This document shows positions 27,362 through 37,398 of a DNA stretch of 64,000 nucleotides, piece after piece. Positions within the stretch are counted from its first letter, which is position 1. Every line of letters begins with the position of its first letter. Source of the DNA: Candidatus Latescibacterota bacterium (GTDB taxonomy: Bacteria > Krumholzibacteriota > Krumholzibacteriia > WVZY01 > JAKEHA01); the NCBI GenBank assembly GCA_963707635.1, contig OY970173.1, positions 2,408,882 to 2,472,881 of the forward strand, in the 5' to 3' direction. The notes beneath the pieces were generated by a model that was not told the origin of the DNA, did no database searches, and was given only the letters and a program-made list of their open reading frames with translations. A program made the translations under genes and the position numbers.

Positions 27362-30031
27362 CTACCCGCGCAGCCGGTGGGCGGCTGCGGCGCCTTCCCG
27401 CTCGCGCCGTCGGCGCTTCATGAAGATGAACACCCCGAGCACGAACACCGGCACGGGGGGAAGCAGCCCGGCCAGCGTCTTGATGCCGCTCTGGATGCGC
27501 CGCACCTGCGACTCCATGTCTTCCTTGCTGCGCTCGATCTTCACGTCGCGCTCGGATTCGATGGTCGCCTTCATGGTCTCGAAGCGCCGGTTCTCGGTCT
27601 CCTGCAGGCTGCGCGCCATGATCTGCTTGGTGGTCGCGTCGAGGTCGGTGCGGCTCTCCACCTCGCTGACGCGCTCGTTCAGCCGCTGCTGCGCCTCCGC
27701 CAGCGCGGCCTGGGCGTCGGCCTGCGCCTGCTGCTCTTCCCCGGCCCGGCGTTCCGCGAACGCGCGGGTGCGCGACTCGACGGCGGTCAGGGTCCGGTGC
27801 TGGACCCGCCGGCGGCGCAGATCGACGAACGACTGGTCGCCGACCAGCACGTCGATGCAGTTGAGGAAGAACGAAACGTTGTCAAAATCCAGGTTCTCCA
27901 ACCCGCGCCGCCGGATCTCGAAGAACTGGTCGGAGATGAAGTCCAGGTCGGCGATGAAGATGACGTTCACGTGGGTGGTGTCGCCGGCCGCGACTTTCTC
28001 GCCGGTCACGCGCGCGGCGATCGGGTAGTCGGTCGAGGTCGCGTAGCGCGGTCCCTGGTAGGGCACCAGCCCCACGCCGAAGAAGCTCTTCTGCACGACC
28101 TGGCTGTAGTCGGTCGTCCCCGACGACGTGCTGCTCTTGATGATGGGCTCGAACGAAAACGGCGAGCCGCTCACCTTGGTAATGGCGCCGGGGAACAGGA
28201 ACACGAGCTCCTGCAGCCCCTTCGACGCCGGGAAGGCGTCGTTGAAGGATTCGTTGTTGCCGTTGCCGCGTCCGACGAACACCACTTCGGGCGGAAGGTT
28301 CGCGAGCTCGGGGTGCGGGTTGTAGCGGTCCCACACGATCTGGGTCTTGCTCCAGAGCAACCCGAAGTTCCCCAGGAAGGTGCCGATGCCGCCCTTGGGC
28401 TTGGGTTGAGGGCCACGGTTGCGCATGAACGGGTTCACGTTGGCGCCGCTCTCCTCGTTCGGCCCGAGCCCAATGTCGAAGACCGGTACGGGGTCGTCGA
28501 TCAGGAGCGCCGGGTGCCCGCGCCCGATGTATTCCTCGACGTGGTCCATCTCCTCCTGCGACAACGACGACGGGAGTGCCACCACCAGCGCGTCCAGCTT
28601 CTCCTGGATCGAATCCTGCGCCGAGACCTGCACCACCTCGTACTGTTTCTGCAACTCACCGACCACCGGCCACGGAGGCGTGCTCTGGAAGGTGTTGAAG
28701 TCCAGGCCGCCGAACATGCGCACCTGGGTCGTGACCACTCCCACCCGCTTGCGCGACGTGCGCGCAACCACCCGGATCGAACGCGCGATCTCGTACTCGG
28801 TCGGGAGCCCGCGGTCGAAGAAGCTGATCACGCTCTCTTCGCCGCCGCAGGTGAAGGCGACCCCCATGAACACCTTCATCACGTTGGCCTGCGAGCCTTC
28901 GATGTCGGGCACGTCCATCGGCAGGATGCCGAACTTCTCGCGCGCGTCGCGCGCCTCCTGGCTGTACGGCTCGGTGTCGTGGATCACCAGGTGGATCCGG
29001 TTGCCGCCGACCGCGTCGAACTCGCGCAAGAACCCGAGCAGGTTCTCCCTCGGCTGCACGTACGCCCGCGGCACGTTCTTGCTGACGTAGGCCTGGATGA
29101 AGACCGGGCGATCGCCGGAGATCTCGTGGATCAGGCTCCGGCTCTCACCGGAAAGCGAATGCAGCCGCTCCGCGGTGACGTCGACACGCGCGCCCGCGCG
29201 CGTGAGCAGCGCGTGCGCGCTGATCAGCGCCACCGCGATCGCCACCGTGCGGATCGCAAAATGGAATCCCATGCGGTGCCCGCCGGCCGTCGGCGGCCAG
29301 TGGCGGCGCCCCACCAGCACGACGTTGAGATAGAGCATCACGGCGACGATGCCCGCGAAATAGACGATCCCGGAGAGGCTCACCACGCCGCGCGCAAAGT
29401 CGCCGAAATAGTCGAACACGGCCAGGCGCGCGCCGAAATCTGCGGCCGCCGGTCCGAAAACGCCCAGGACCCGCTCGACGTACACGAACCCGGCGCAGAA
29501 GATCGCCCCCAGAATGAACGCAACCGTCACGTTCGCGCTCAAGCGCGACGCCAGCATCCCCACCGAGATGAACGCGGCGCCGATCAGCCAGTACCCCAGG
29601 TAGTTCCCGAGCATGAGCCCCAGGTCGGGGCGGCCGAGCCAGAACAGGACCAGCAGGTGGCTCAAGGACAGCAGTACCGCGCCGGTGAACACGCCGAGCG
29701 TCGCCAGATACTTGCCCAGCACCACCTCGAGGTCGGTGGCGGGCAGGGTGAGCAGGAGTTCCTCCGTCCCCTGCTTGCGCTCCTCGGACCACACCCCCAT
29801 GGTGATGGCCGGCACGAAGAAGAGGAGCAGGTACGGGAACACGTCGTTGAGCTGCGACAGATTGGCGAGGTTGTTGAGGAAGAAGCGATCCTGCCAGAAC
29901 GCAGCGGCCGCCGACAGGAATATGAACAGCGTGATGAAGACGTACCCCGTCGGGTTGGAAAAATAGAGGCGAAGGTCGCGGCGGACGATCGCCCGGGTCA
30001 CCACCCAGTTGATGGATCTCATCGCTCCCAC
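27362..30031 (-). CDS. fused ABC-2 permease (GldF-like) and GldG-like auxiliary domain protein
   Basis: The N-terminal ~240 aa has 6 TM helices with WSEERKQGTEELLLTLP (ABC-2/GldF motif). A large soluble GldG-type domain follows, ending in a coiled coil plus a final TM helix. Confidence 0.75.
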   Translation of the reverse strand: MGAMRSINWVVTRAIVRRDLRLYFSNPTGYVFITLFIFLSAAAAFWQDRFFLNNLANLSQLNDVFPYLLLFFVPAITMGVWSEERKQGTEELLLTLPATDLEVVLGKYLATLGVFTGAVLLSLSHLLVLFWLGRPDLGLMLGNYLGYWLIGAAFISVGMLASRLSANVTVAFILGAIFCAGFVYVERVLGVFGPAAADFGARLAVFDYFGDFARGVVSLSGIVYFAGIVAVMLYLNVVLVGRRHWPPTAGGHRMGFHFAIRTVAIAVALISAHALLTRAGARVDVTAERLHSLSGESRSLIHEISGDRPVFIQAYVSKNVPRAYVQPRENLLGFLREFDAVGGNRIHLVIHDTEPYSQEARDAREKFGILPMDVPDIEGSQANVMKVFMGVAFTCGGEESVISFFDRGLPTEYEIARSIRVVARTSRKRVGVVTTQVRMFGGLDFNTFQSTPPWPVVGELQKQYEVVQVSAQDSIQEKLDALVVALPSSLSQEEMDHVEEYIGRGHPALLIDDPVPVFDIGLGPNEESGANVNPFMRNRGPQPKPKGGIGTFLGNFGLLWSKTQIVWDRYNPHPELANLPPEVVFVGRGNGNNESFNDAFPASKGLQELVFLFPGAITKVSGSPFSFEPIIKSSTSSGTTDYSQVVQKSFFGVGLVPYQGPRYATSTDYPIAARVTGEKVAAGDTTHVNVIFIADLDFISDQFFEIRRRGLENLDFDNVSFFLNCIDVLVGDQSFVDLRRRRVQHRTLTAVESRTRAFAERRAGEEQQAQADAQAALAEAQQRLNERVSEVESRTDLDATTKQIMARSLQETENRRFETMKATIESERDVKIERSKEDMESQVRRIQSGIKTLAGLLPPVPVFVLGVFIFMKRRRREREGAAAAHRLRG

Positions 30032-30035
30032 CCCC

Positions 30036-30785
30036 CTAGCGGCTCGCCGACGCTCGCGCGTCGGACCCGGTGAGCCGGTAAAACGTCTGCTCGAGTGTGC
30101 CCGCCTGGCGCAACTGCGCGGGCGGCCCGTCGAGGACCAGGCGGCCGTCGTTGATCAGGATCACGCGATCCGCGACTGCCTCGACTTCCTGGAGAATGTG
30201 CGTGGAGATGAGGATCGTCTTGGTGCGGCCGAGTACCTTGATGTTTTCGCGAAAGTCCCGGATCTGGTTGGGGTCAAGCCCGGCTGTCGGCTCGTCCATG
30301 ATGAGCACGGCGGGGTCGTGGAGGAGCGCTTGCGCCAGCCCCACCCGCTGCCGGTACCCGCGCGAAAGCTTGCCGATGGGCTTCTCGATCACGTCGCGCA
30401 GCGCGCACTGGGTCACGACCACGTCGATGCGCTCCTTGCACTTCGCCCCGAGCTCGCGCGCCTCGCCGAAGAAGCGCAGCAGCTCCAGCGGCGTCATGTC
30501 GTTGTACAGCGGCCCGTTCTCGGGCAGGTACCCGAGTGCGCGCGCGCCCTGGAGCCGCTGGCGGGTCATGTCGAAACCCGCAATGCGCGCGATCCCCGCG
30601 CTCGCCGCCAGGTAGCCGGAGAGGATCTTCATGGTGGTGGATTTCCCGGCGCCATTGGGCCCGAGAAACGACACGATCTGCCCCTCCGGGATGGAGAAGC
30701 TGACATCCTTTATAGCGACGAACGGCCCGTAGTATTTCGACAGGCCCTCCGCCTCGATCATTACGCGACGCGGGGCATCCGCCAT
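30036..30785 (-). CDS. ABC transporter ATP-binding protein (GldA-like)
   Basis: Walker A GPNGAGKST, signature LSRGYRQR, Walker B VLIMDEPTAGLD. GAGGAG RBS. Confidence 0.9.
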   Translation of the reverse strand: MADAPRRVMIEAEGLSKYYGPFVAIKDVSFSIPEGQIVSFLGPNGAGKSTTMKILSGYLAASAGIARIAGFDMTRQRLQGARALGYLPENGPLYNDMTPLELLRFFGEARELGAKCKERIDVVVTQCALRDVIEKPIGKLSRGYRQRVGLAQALLHDPAVLIMDEPTAGLDPNQIRDFRENIKVLGRTKTILISTHILQEVEAVADRVILINDGRLVLDGPPAQLRQAGTLEQTFYRLTGSDARASASR

Positions 30786-30996
30786 GGGCGACTCCTCAAA
30801 GACGACGGTTCATACCGGGATGAGCGAGAGAATTGACCGCTTATACAGAGGCCACCCCGAGAAGTTCACAAAGACTTTGCGCTCGTCTCAAGATGGCCTT
30901 CCAGGAACGAATCGGTATGGTAGCCGGGGCACCCCCATCCCGCAACCCCCTTTTCCGGGAACGCTCGCCGATGGCGGATAATCGCATAGATGACGA

Positions 30997-32088
30997 CTAC
31001 AAAGCCGGTTGCACGGACGGCTTCAAGTCGATTCCGGGTCCGCTCCATACCGTCAGGCGCGGGCCTTCATAGCCGTACCCGCCCTCGTGGGGGTCGGCGT
31101 CCATGAGCAGCGGCGTGTCGAGATCGAGGTGGTCCACCCCGCCGAGCCCGAGCGCCAGCGCGTACGAGAACGACATCGCCAGGCGGGTCTCCATCATGCC
31201 GCCGACCATGAGGCCCAGCCCCGCCTTGCGCACGGCGCGCGCGATCGCGATCGTCTCCGCCAGACCGCACTTCATGATCTTGAGGTTGACGCAATCCGCC
31301 GCGCCGGCAGCAATGACCGCGTGCGCGTCGTCGAGGGTGAAGACCGATTCGTCGGCCGCGATCGGAGCCACCCGCGCGGCTCGCAGTCCGGCCATGCCCT
31401 CGAGGTCGCCGCGCGGCAGCGGTTGCTCGATGAGCCGGATCCGTCGCTTCAATGCGGCCACTCCGTGCACGAATGCGTGCGCCTGCGACCGGTCGAAGCC
31501 CTGGTTGGCATCGAGGACGAACGAAACGTCGGCAAATCGTTCGGCGAGTCGGGCGACCCGTGCCACGTCCGCGTCCACGTCGCCGCCCACCTTGAGTTTG
31601 AAGGTCCGGAATCCGCGCCCGTGCCACTGCGCCGCCAGTTGATCGACCCGCGCCTCGTCCAGTATCGGTATGGTGATGTCGGTTTCGCGCGCGCGCACGT
31701 CGGCGCCGCCGAAGAAAGCGTAGAGCGTCTGCCCGCGCAGGCGGGCGAGCGCGTCGACCACGGCGCATTCGATTCCGGTCCGCGCGGCGGGCTCGCCCGG
31801 CGCCCGGGCCGCCAGGGTGGCGCCCAGCGCGGGCCACTCTGACGCGCGCGCGCCCACGACGGTGACGCCCAGCCGGCGCGCGGCCTCGAGGCTCGCGTCG
31901 CGGGTTTCGCCGGTCAGGGCTTCGAAGGGCGCGATTTCCCCGAACCCCACCACTCCGTCCGCCAGGCGCACCCGCACCACGGCGACTTCCGCTTTCGCCA
32001 GCGCGCCGCGCGCAATGACGAATCGGTCGGTCAGGGGAACGTCGAGGGGCCAGACCGCTACGGCCGTGATCGCGTCGGGGTGGGTCAT
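30997..32088 (-). CDS. dipeptide epimerase (enolase superfamily, MR/MLE; L-Ala-D/L-Glu epimerase-like)
   Basis: From ATG 32088: ...FKLKVGGDVDADVARV...LDANQGF...IEQPLPRGD...IAADESV...NLKIMKCG gives the KxK, D/E/D metal ligands and second catalytic Lys pattern. Confidence 0.8.
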   Translation of the reverse strand: MTHPDAITAVAVWPLDVPLTDRFVIARGALAKAEVAVVRVRLADGVVGFGEIAPFEALTGETRDASLEAARRLGVTVVGARASEWPALGATLAARAPGEPAARTGIECAVVDALARLRGQTLYAFFGGADVRARETDITIPILDEARVDQLAAQWHGRGFRTFKLKVGGDVDADVARVARLAERFADVSFVLDANQGFDRSQAHAFVHGVAALKRRIRLIEQPLPRGDLEGMAGLRAARVAPIAADESVFTLDDAHAVIAAGAADCVNLKIMKCGLAETIAIARAVRKAGLGLMVGGMMETRLAMSFSYALALGLGGVDHLDLDTPLLMDADPHEGGYGYEGPRLTVWSGPGIDLKPSVQPAL

Positions 32089-32145
32089 GGGAGATCCGAA
32101 CGCGGCGCGCACGAGGACGCCGCGGGGTTCCAATCCGTCAGGATT

Positions 32146-32179
32146 TTCGCCGTTAAGACTTTCGCCGCTAAGACTTTCG
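32146..32179. repeat. short tandem repeat, 15-mer TTCGCCG(T/C)TAAGACT x2.3
   Basis: 32146-32160 TTCGCCGTTAAGACT, 32161-32175 TTCGCCGCTAAGACT, then TTCG. It spans the stop of the upstream minus-strand gene and the intergenic gap. Confidence 0.6.
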
Positions 32180-33154
32180 AAAGATGCGCCCGAACTCTTC
32201 CGCCAGCTCGAACGACGCGTCCACCGAACGCGGGTTGCGCGAATCGAGGTACTCGACGTTGACACCCAGCCGATCCTCCGGAAACCCGATCTGGGTGGCG
32301 AACGACGAGAGCCGGTCCCACACCCCGGTCAGACACGAGATCGACGCCTCGCGCATGCTGCGCGCGCCTTTGAGCATCCTCTCGACGTCGCGGGGCATGA
32401 ACACGCCGAGCGTCTTCTTGGCGAAGGTGATGTCCTCGGGTGCCACGAACGGCGAGAAGGTGAGGAACACCTTGGGCAGCTCGGACACCTCGAGCCGCTG
32501 CACCAGATCGAGCAGCAGACAGCACATCCACTCGCTCTCGTATAGAATCTGCGTGCTGAAGAAGCGAAACCCGTGCGCCTGGATCTTCTGGATGACGCGA
32601 TCCACTTCGTCTTCGGAGGCGGGGCGGGCGACGAACTGGCGCCGTCGCGTCGGGATGATGATGCCGCCGCAGCGAAAGCCGCGCGCGGCGGCGAGTGCCG
32701 CGGCCGCGCCCAGCGTCAGCGCGCCGTCCGGATAGGCCTTCGCACCCGAATCTCCACCCACCACGAAGATGTCCCGGCACCCGATCGCCGCGGCGCGGTC
32801 CAGCCACACTTCCATCTCGGCGGGGGTGACGCCGGCAGCCACCTTGTACAGGCTGAGCGGCTTTTCGGTCAGCTCGCGAATCCAGCGCGCGAATTCCTCG
32901 TTGGGGACGCGCTCGCGCTCGCGCTGGAACTCGCCCGAGTCCTGCAGGTCGGGGACGCTCACGGCGTGGAACGAGTTGTAGCACGCGAAGCTCTGGCGCA
33001 GGACGGCGTACGCCTTGTCGCGGTCCGCGAGCGGCGGCGGACACGCCTCCAGGATGACACGAACGTTGGTAATTTCGGACACGTCAGTCGACAGCAGACA
33101 CCGGCGTCGGGCGGGCGCTCCCCCGGCCTTCAGGGGGGCGTAGCCACGCCGCAA
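32168..33154 (-). CDS. methylenetetrahydrofolate reductase-like protein (MetF/FAD-linked oxidoreductase fold suspected); start uncertain (TTG 33154 or GTG 33082)
   Basis: Coding-like composition from about VSEITNVRVILE... Loose resemblance to MTHFR TIM-barrel (..FHAVSVPD.., ..DIFVVGGD.., ..FFSTQILYE..). No firm motif. Confidence 0.45.
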   Translation of the reverse strand: MRRGYAPLKAGGAPARRRCLLSTDVSEITNVRVILEACPPPLADRDKAYAVLRQSFACYNSFHAVSVPDLQDSGEFQRERERVPNEEFARWIRELTEKPLSLYKVAAGVTPAEMEVWLDRAAAIGCRDIFVVGGDSGAKAYPDGALTLGAAAALAAARGFRCGGIIIPTRRRQFVARPASEDEVDRVIQKIQAHGFRFFSTQILYESEWMCCLLLDLVQRLEVSELPKVFLTFSPFVAPEDITFAKKTLGVFMPRDVERMLKGARSMREASISCLTGVWDRLSSFATQIGFPEDRLGVNVEYLDSRNPRSVDASFELAEEFGRIFRKS

Positions 33155-33365
33155 GAGGCGGTAGTATGCGTGAAGTCGCGCGAATACTACTGCACGCGAC
33201 CGCGGGGCACAACAGGAAACCCGGGTGGGAAAAAGCTCGGGTCCGGCGCGTCAACCGACCCAGAACGGACGAGGTGGGTCCGCGTAAGCATCGATTCTCC
33301 AATCGACTCGCCGGTGGCACGCGCGTTGCCCCGTACCCTGGCGGTGGTCCGCCGCCACCGTCACG

Positions 33366-36300
33366 ATGCACATCCGCCCAGTCATCGCCGCCGCCCTGGT
33401 GGCGGTCGCGCTCGCCGCCGACCTCCACGCCCAGACCCTGCCCGGGGGATTCTACGTCGAGAATGCCGCTTCCGGCGCGACTTTCGACACGCCGGTCGCG
33501 GTGGCGTTCGCGGCGGATGGCCGCGTCTTCGTGGCGGAAAAGTCAGGCGTGGTCTACGTCATCCAGAACGGGATCAAACTCGCGGCGCCGTTCATCGACC
33601 TCTCGTGGGACGTGCTGAACCACCACGATCGGGGACTGCTGGGCATCGCCCTTGACCCGAGTTTTACGACCAACGGCCATGTCTACTTCCTCTATACCTT
33701 CGACTGGAACCAGGCCGGCGACACGCAGCGCACCGACGTGCCGGGTCGCCTCGTCCGTTACACGGCGAGTACAGCCAACCCAAACCTGGCCGACATCAAT
33801 TCGCGGCTGGTGTTGCTGGGAAGCTCGTTTGCGAACGCGATTCCCGCGTGCTACTTCTCGCACGCGCCGGGTGCCCTGCGCTTCGGCACGGACGGCACCC
33901 TGCTGATCGCGGCCGGCGACGGTGCCAGCTACAACGAGGTGGACCCGGGCGGTCTGTACCCGGACTGCTTCGGGTCCGGAAAGCTCCCGACCACCCAGGA
34001 CATCGGTGCGTTCCGCGCCCAGTGGATTCAGAGCTACGCGGGCAAGATTCTCCGCGTCGATCCGGCGACGGGCAACGGGCTCCCGTCGAATCCGTATTAC
34101 ACGGGTAATGCCGCCGACATCCAGTCGAAGGTGTGGGCGTACGGCCTGCGCAACCCCTATCGTTTCGGCGTACGGCCCAACGGCAGCGGGAATCCCGCCG
34201 ACGGCAACCCGGGTTCCTTGTATATCGGCGACGTGGGCTGGAACACTTACGAAGAAATCAACGTCGCGCGCGCCGGTGGCGGCGAGAACTTCGGCTGGCC
34301 GTGCTACGAGGGCCCGAATCCAAACGGCGCCTACCAGGCCGCGAACCCCGCGCACCACGGCTGCGCGACGATCGGGACCCCGCAGAATCCGTCGCCGCAA
34401 GTCCCCCCGCTCACCTACTGGCACCACGACAACGGCGGGCTGTCGTTCCCGCCCGGTGTCACCGGCGCCACGTCGATCGGCGGCGCGTTCTACACCGGCA
34501 CGAAGTACCCGCCGTCGTACCAGGGCGCCTACTTCTACGGCGACTACTCCGGCCAGTGGATCAAGGCGCTGGTGGTCAACACCAGCGACGATTACGTCTC
34601 CCAGTCCGACTTCGGCTCGTCGATGGGAGGGATCGTCGACATTCAGTACAACCCGGTCGACCAGTACCTCTATTACATCGATATCTTCAACGGGCAGGTC
34701 TTCCAGATCCGCCACGTCGACGGAGACGCCAACAGCCCGCCAGTGGTGAGCGCGGCCGTCACGCCGCGCTGGGGCTACGCGCCGCTCCTGGTCCAGTTCG
34801 ACGGAACCGCGTCGTACGACCCGGATCAGGACCCGATCACCTTTGCATGGGATTTCGGCGACGGGGCGAGTGCCACCGGCGCCGTGACGTCCCACTCCTA
34901 CGCCACCAACGGGACCTACGTAGCCACGCTCACCGTGCGCGACGACTTCGGTGCCACCGCCACGGGGGTGGTCTCCATTTCGGTCGGCAATACCCCACCG
35001 CACGGGATCATCCGCTCCCCGGATAATGGCGCCAGCGCCTCGGTCGGTGACCAGATGCTGCTCTGGGCCCAGGCGACCGACGCCGAGTCGCCGGGGCAAC
35101 TTTCCTTCCACTGGGAAGTGATTCAGACCCACAACCATCACGACCATCCGAACTTCTTCACCGCCGACGGTCCGATCGCGCAGTTCTACATCGCGGAACA
35201 CGGACTCCCGAACGAGGTGAACTTCCTGCGCGTCGAACTGCGCGTGACCGACGCCGGCGGCCTGACCGACACCAGCCGGGTGTACATCGCGCTCAATCGC
35301 AACGGCGAGGCCGACATCACGGACGAGGGCGCGGCCGGAGCACTCGTCACTTCGCCCGGCGGGTCCGGCAGCCCCGACCTCGCGGTGATTCACGACGGCG
35401 TGTTCCCCCCGGCCGGCAGCGGCGACCCGCTCGCGCAGTACGACACGTTCACCGACGGATCGCCGCGCGCACAGGACTGGGTTGAATACACCTTCCCGGG
35501 AACGCGCTATTTCTCGAAGCTGGTCTTTCAGGAGGGAATGCATTTCCCCAACGGAGGGTGGTTCGAAGCGCCCGGAGTCGAAGTGTTTGCCGACGGTATC
35601 TGGTCACCGGTCGAGTTCCTCCAGGCGGTCCCGCCCTACCGCGGCAACGACGGGGTCAGTTACGACATTTACGCCCTCACGTTCAAGGCGCACGCCGGAA
35701 CCGGGATCCGCCTCATCGGGGCCCCGGGCGGGTCCGGCGACTACATCTCGATCGGCGAGCTCCGGGTCTTCGAGATCCCGCGCGCCCAGTTCAGCGCTGA
35801 CACCCGAGCCGGCTCCAACCCGCTCACGGTCCACTTCACCGACGAGTCGAACGTGACCGAACCCGAATCGTGGCTGTGGCGCTTCGGCGACGGCGCGACC
35901 AGCACCGAACAGCACGCTGCCCACGTGTACACGGTGCCCGGTCCCCACACGGTGAGCCTGACGGTGACGAGTGCGCAGGGCACCTACTTCGAGGAGAAAC
36001 ACGCGTACATCCTGGTGGGAGCGCCAGGGCTCGCCGCGGAGTACTTCGACGATCTCGGCCTGGCGACTCCCCGGCTGGCGCGTATCGACGCGGCGATCGA
36101 CTTCAACTGGGGTACCGCTTCGCCCGACCCGTCCATCGGCGCGGACTCGTTCTCCGTGCGCTGGTCCGGATGGCTCCAGCCGCGGTACACGGAGACCTAC
36201 CTGCTCCGCACGACGACCGACGACGGGGTTCGCCTCTGGGTTGACGGTGCGCTCGTCATCGACAAGTGGGTCGATCAGTCCGCCACGGAGTGGAGCGCGT

Positions 36301-37388
36301 CGCTTCCACTGGTCGCCGACGAGTTGCACGAGATCCGGATGGAATACTATGAGAAGGGAGGGGGCGCCACTGCACGGCTGCGATGGTCCTCGCCTGGCCA
36401 GGCGCTCGAGGTCATTCCGCAGTCGCGGCTGTGGGCGCGCGAGTGCGGAGCCGGTACCGGCGACATGGACGGCAACGGCACGCTGACCCCCGGCGACGCG
36501 TTGTGCGCGTTCAGCACATTCTTGAACGGCCAGACGGTGCCTCCCTCGTGCGACGCGGCGAATTACGACTGCGAACGGGCGGCCGCGGACACCGATTGCA
36601 ACGGCGCCGTCACTCCGGCGGATGCGCTGGCGGTCTATCAGCACTACCTCGCCGGACTCCCGCTCCAGATCTGCCTGGGACAGGCTGCGCCGGCGTCCTT
36701 CACGTCCAGCGTGGCAACGCCCCGGGTGTCGGTGGCGGTCGTGTCGTCGCCGGTCGACGGCTCGGTAGAGGTGTCGGCCACGGCGCTGGACGCGAGCGGG
36801 CTCGACGCCTTCGGCGCACGCGTGGTCTTTCCCGCCGACGAGTTCACCTTCGATCGTCTGCTGCCCTCGCCGGATACCGGCGACTGGCTGATGCTGGACG
36901 CGCGGGCCACCGTCGCCGGGTCCGCTCAGGTCGGCGGCTGCAACCGCCACGGCCTCGGCAGCGAACCCGCGGAGCTGTTCCGGGTACGACTCCTTCCCGC
37001 CGGTGCCAACGCGCAGGCGAGTCACATCGTCGTTACGGATTTCGTCGACGACCTCGCGGGCGCCGTCGTGACCGATGCCCCCCCATCCGCGGCGCCGTCA
37101 TCCGCGTTTCGCCTCCACCAGAATCGCCCGAATCCGTTCAACCCGGTCACGCGTATCTCCTTCGAAGTGCCCGCCGGCGCGGGGCGGGTGCCGGTCCGGC
37201 TGGCCGTGTACTCGGTGCGCGGCGAACTCGTGCGGGTGCTCGCGGACGGCGAACGCGCGCCCGGACCCTACGAAGCCACGTGGGACGGCCGTGACGAGCG
37301 CGGCGCGCCCGTGACCTCCGGCATCTACTTCTACCATCTGCGCGCCGGGACGTATTCCGCGTCGCGGCGCATGGTGCTGCTCAAATGA
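33366..37388 (+). CDS. 1340-aa secreted modular surface protein: PQQ-dependent sugar dehydrogenase propeller, 2 PKD, galactose-binding-like domain, PKD, PA14, dockerin-like pair, cohesin-like domain, T9SS/FlgD-type C-terminal domain
   Basis: - Signal peptide.
- Propeller: GLLGIALDPSFTTNGHVYFLYT and IGDVGWNTYEEIN...GENFGWPCYEG.
- PKD: WDFGDGASATGAVTSHSYATNGTYVATLTVRDD.
- PA14: FSVRWSGWLQPRYTETYLLRTTTDDGVRLWVDG.
- Dockerin EF-hand-like repeats: GDMDGNGTLTPGDAL / DTDCNGAVTPADAL.
- CTD: LHQNRPNPFNPVTRISFEVP...VYSVRGELVRVL...WDGRDERGAPVTSGIYFYHLRAG...RRMVLLK. Confidence 0.8.
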   Translation: MHIRPVIAAALVAVALAADLHAQTLPGGFYVENAASGATFDTPVAVAFAADGRVFVAEKSGVVYVIQNGIKLAAPFIDLSWDVLNHHDRGLLGIALDPSFTTNGHVYFLYTFDWNQAGDTQRTDVPGRLVRYTASTANPNLADINSRLVLLGSSFANAIPACYFSHAPGALRFGTDGTLLIAAGDGASYNEVDPGGLYPDCFGSGKLPTTQDIGAFRAQWIQSYAGKILRVDPATGNGLPSNPYYTGNAADIQSKVWAYGLRNPYRFGVRPNGSGNPADGNPGSLYIGDVGWNTYEEINVARAGGGENFGWPCYEGPNPNGAYQAANPAHHGCATIGTPQNPSPQVPPLTYWHHDNGGLSFPPGVTGATSIGGAFYTGTKYPPSYQGAYFYGDYSGQWIKALVVNTSDDYVSQSDFGSSMGGIVDIQYNPVDQYLYYIDIFNGQVFQIRHVDGDANSPPVVSAAVTPRWGYAPLLVQFDGTASYDPDQDPITFAWDFGDGASATGAVTSHSYATNGTYVATLTVRDDFGATATGVVSISVGNTPPHGIIRSPDNGASASVGDQMLLWAQATDAESPGQLSFHWEVIQTHNHHDHPNFFTADGPIAQFYIAEHGLPNEVNFLRVELRVTDAGGLTDTSRVYIALNRNGEADITDEGAAGALVTSPGGSGSPDLAVIHDGVFPPAGSGDPLAQYDTFTDGSPRAQDWVEYTFPGTRYFSKLVFQEGMHFPNGGWFEAPGVEVFADGIWSPVEFLQAVPPYRGNDGVSYDIYALTFKAHAGTGIRLIGAPGGSGDYISIGELRVFEIPRAQFSADTRAGSNPLTVHFTDESNVTEPESWLWRFGDGATSTEQHAAHVYTVPGPHTVSLTVTSAQGTYFEEKHAYILVGAPGLAAEYFDDLGLATPRLARIDAAIDFNWGTASPDPSIGADSFSVRWSGWLQPRYTETYLLRTTTDDGVRLWVDGALVIDKWVDQSATEWSASLPLVADELHEIRMEYYEKGGGATARLRWSSPGQALEVIPQSRLWARECGAGTGDMDGNGTLTPGDALCAFSTFLNGQTVPPSCDAANYDCERAAADTDCNGAVTPADALAVYQHYLAGLPLQICLGQAAPASFTSSVATPRVSVAVVSSPVDGSVEVSATALDASGLDAFGARVVFPADEFTFDRLLPSPDTGDWLMLDARATVAGSAQVGGCNRHGLGSEPAELFRVRLLPAGANAQASHIVVTDFVDDLAGAVVTDAPPSAAPSSAFRLHQNRPNPFNPVTRISFEVPAGAGRVPVRLAVYSVRGELVRVLADGERAPGPYEATWDGRDERGAPVTSGIYFYHLRAGTYSASRRMVLLK

Positions 37389-37398
37389 GGCCGGAGCG

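Noticed and set aside
26450-30073. 1207-aa plus-strand ORF antisense to the ABC/GldG/DUF4340 operon
   Set aside because: The composition is extremely Arg/Ala/Gly/Pro/His-rich with no motifs. The opposite strand carries clear Walker, ABC-2 and GldG-type sequences. This is a typical stop-free antisense frame of high-GC DNA.
32146-32179. 15-nt tandem repeat TTCGCCG(T/C)TAAGACT x2.3 between the MTHFR-like and epimerase genes
   Set aside because: It is too short and has too few copies for a CRISPR or a functional array. It is most simply a slippage duplication at a gene end, so it is recorded only as a minor repeat feature.
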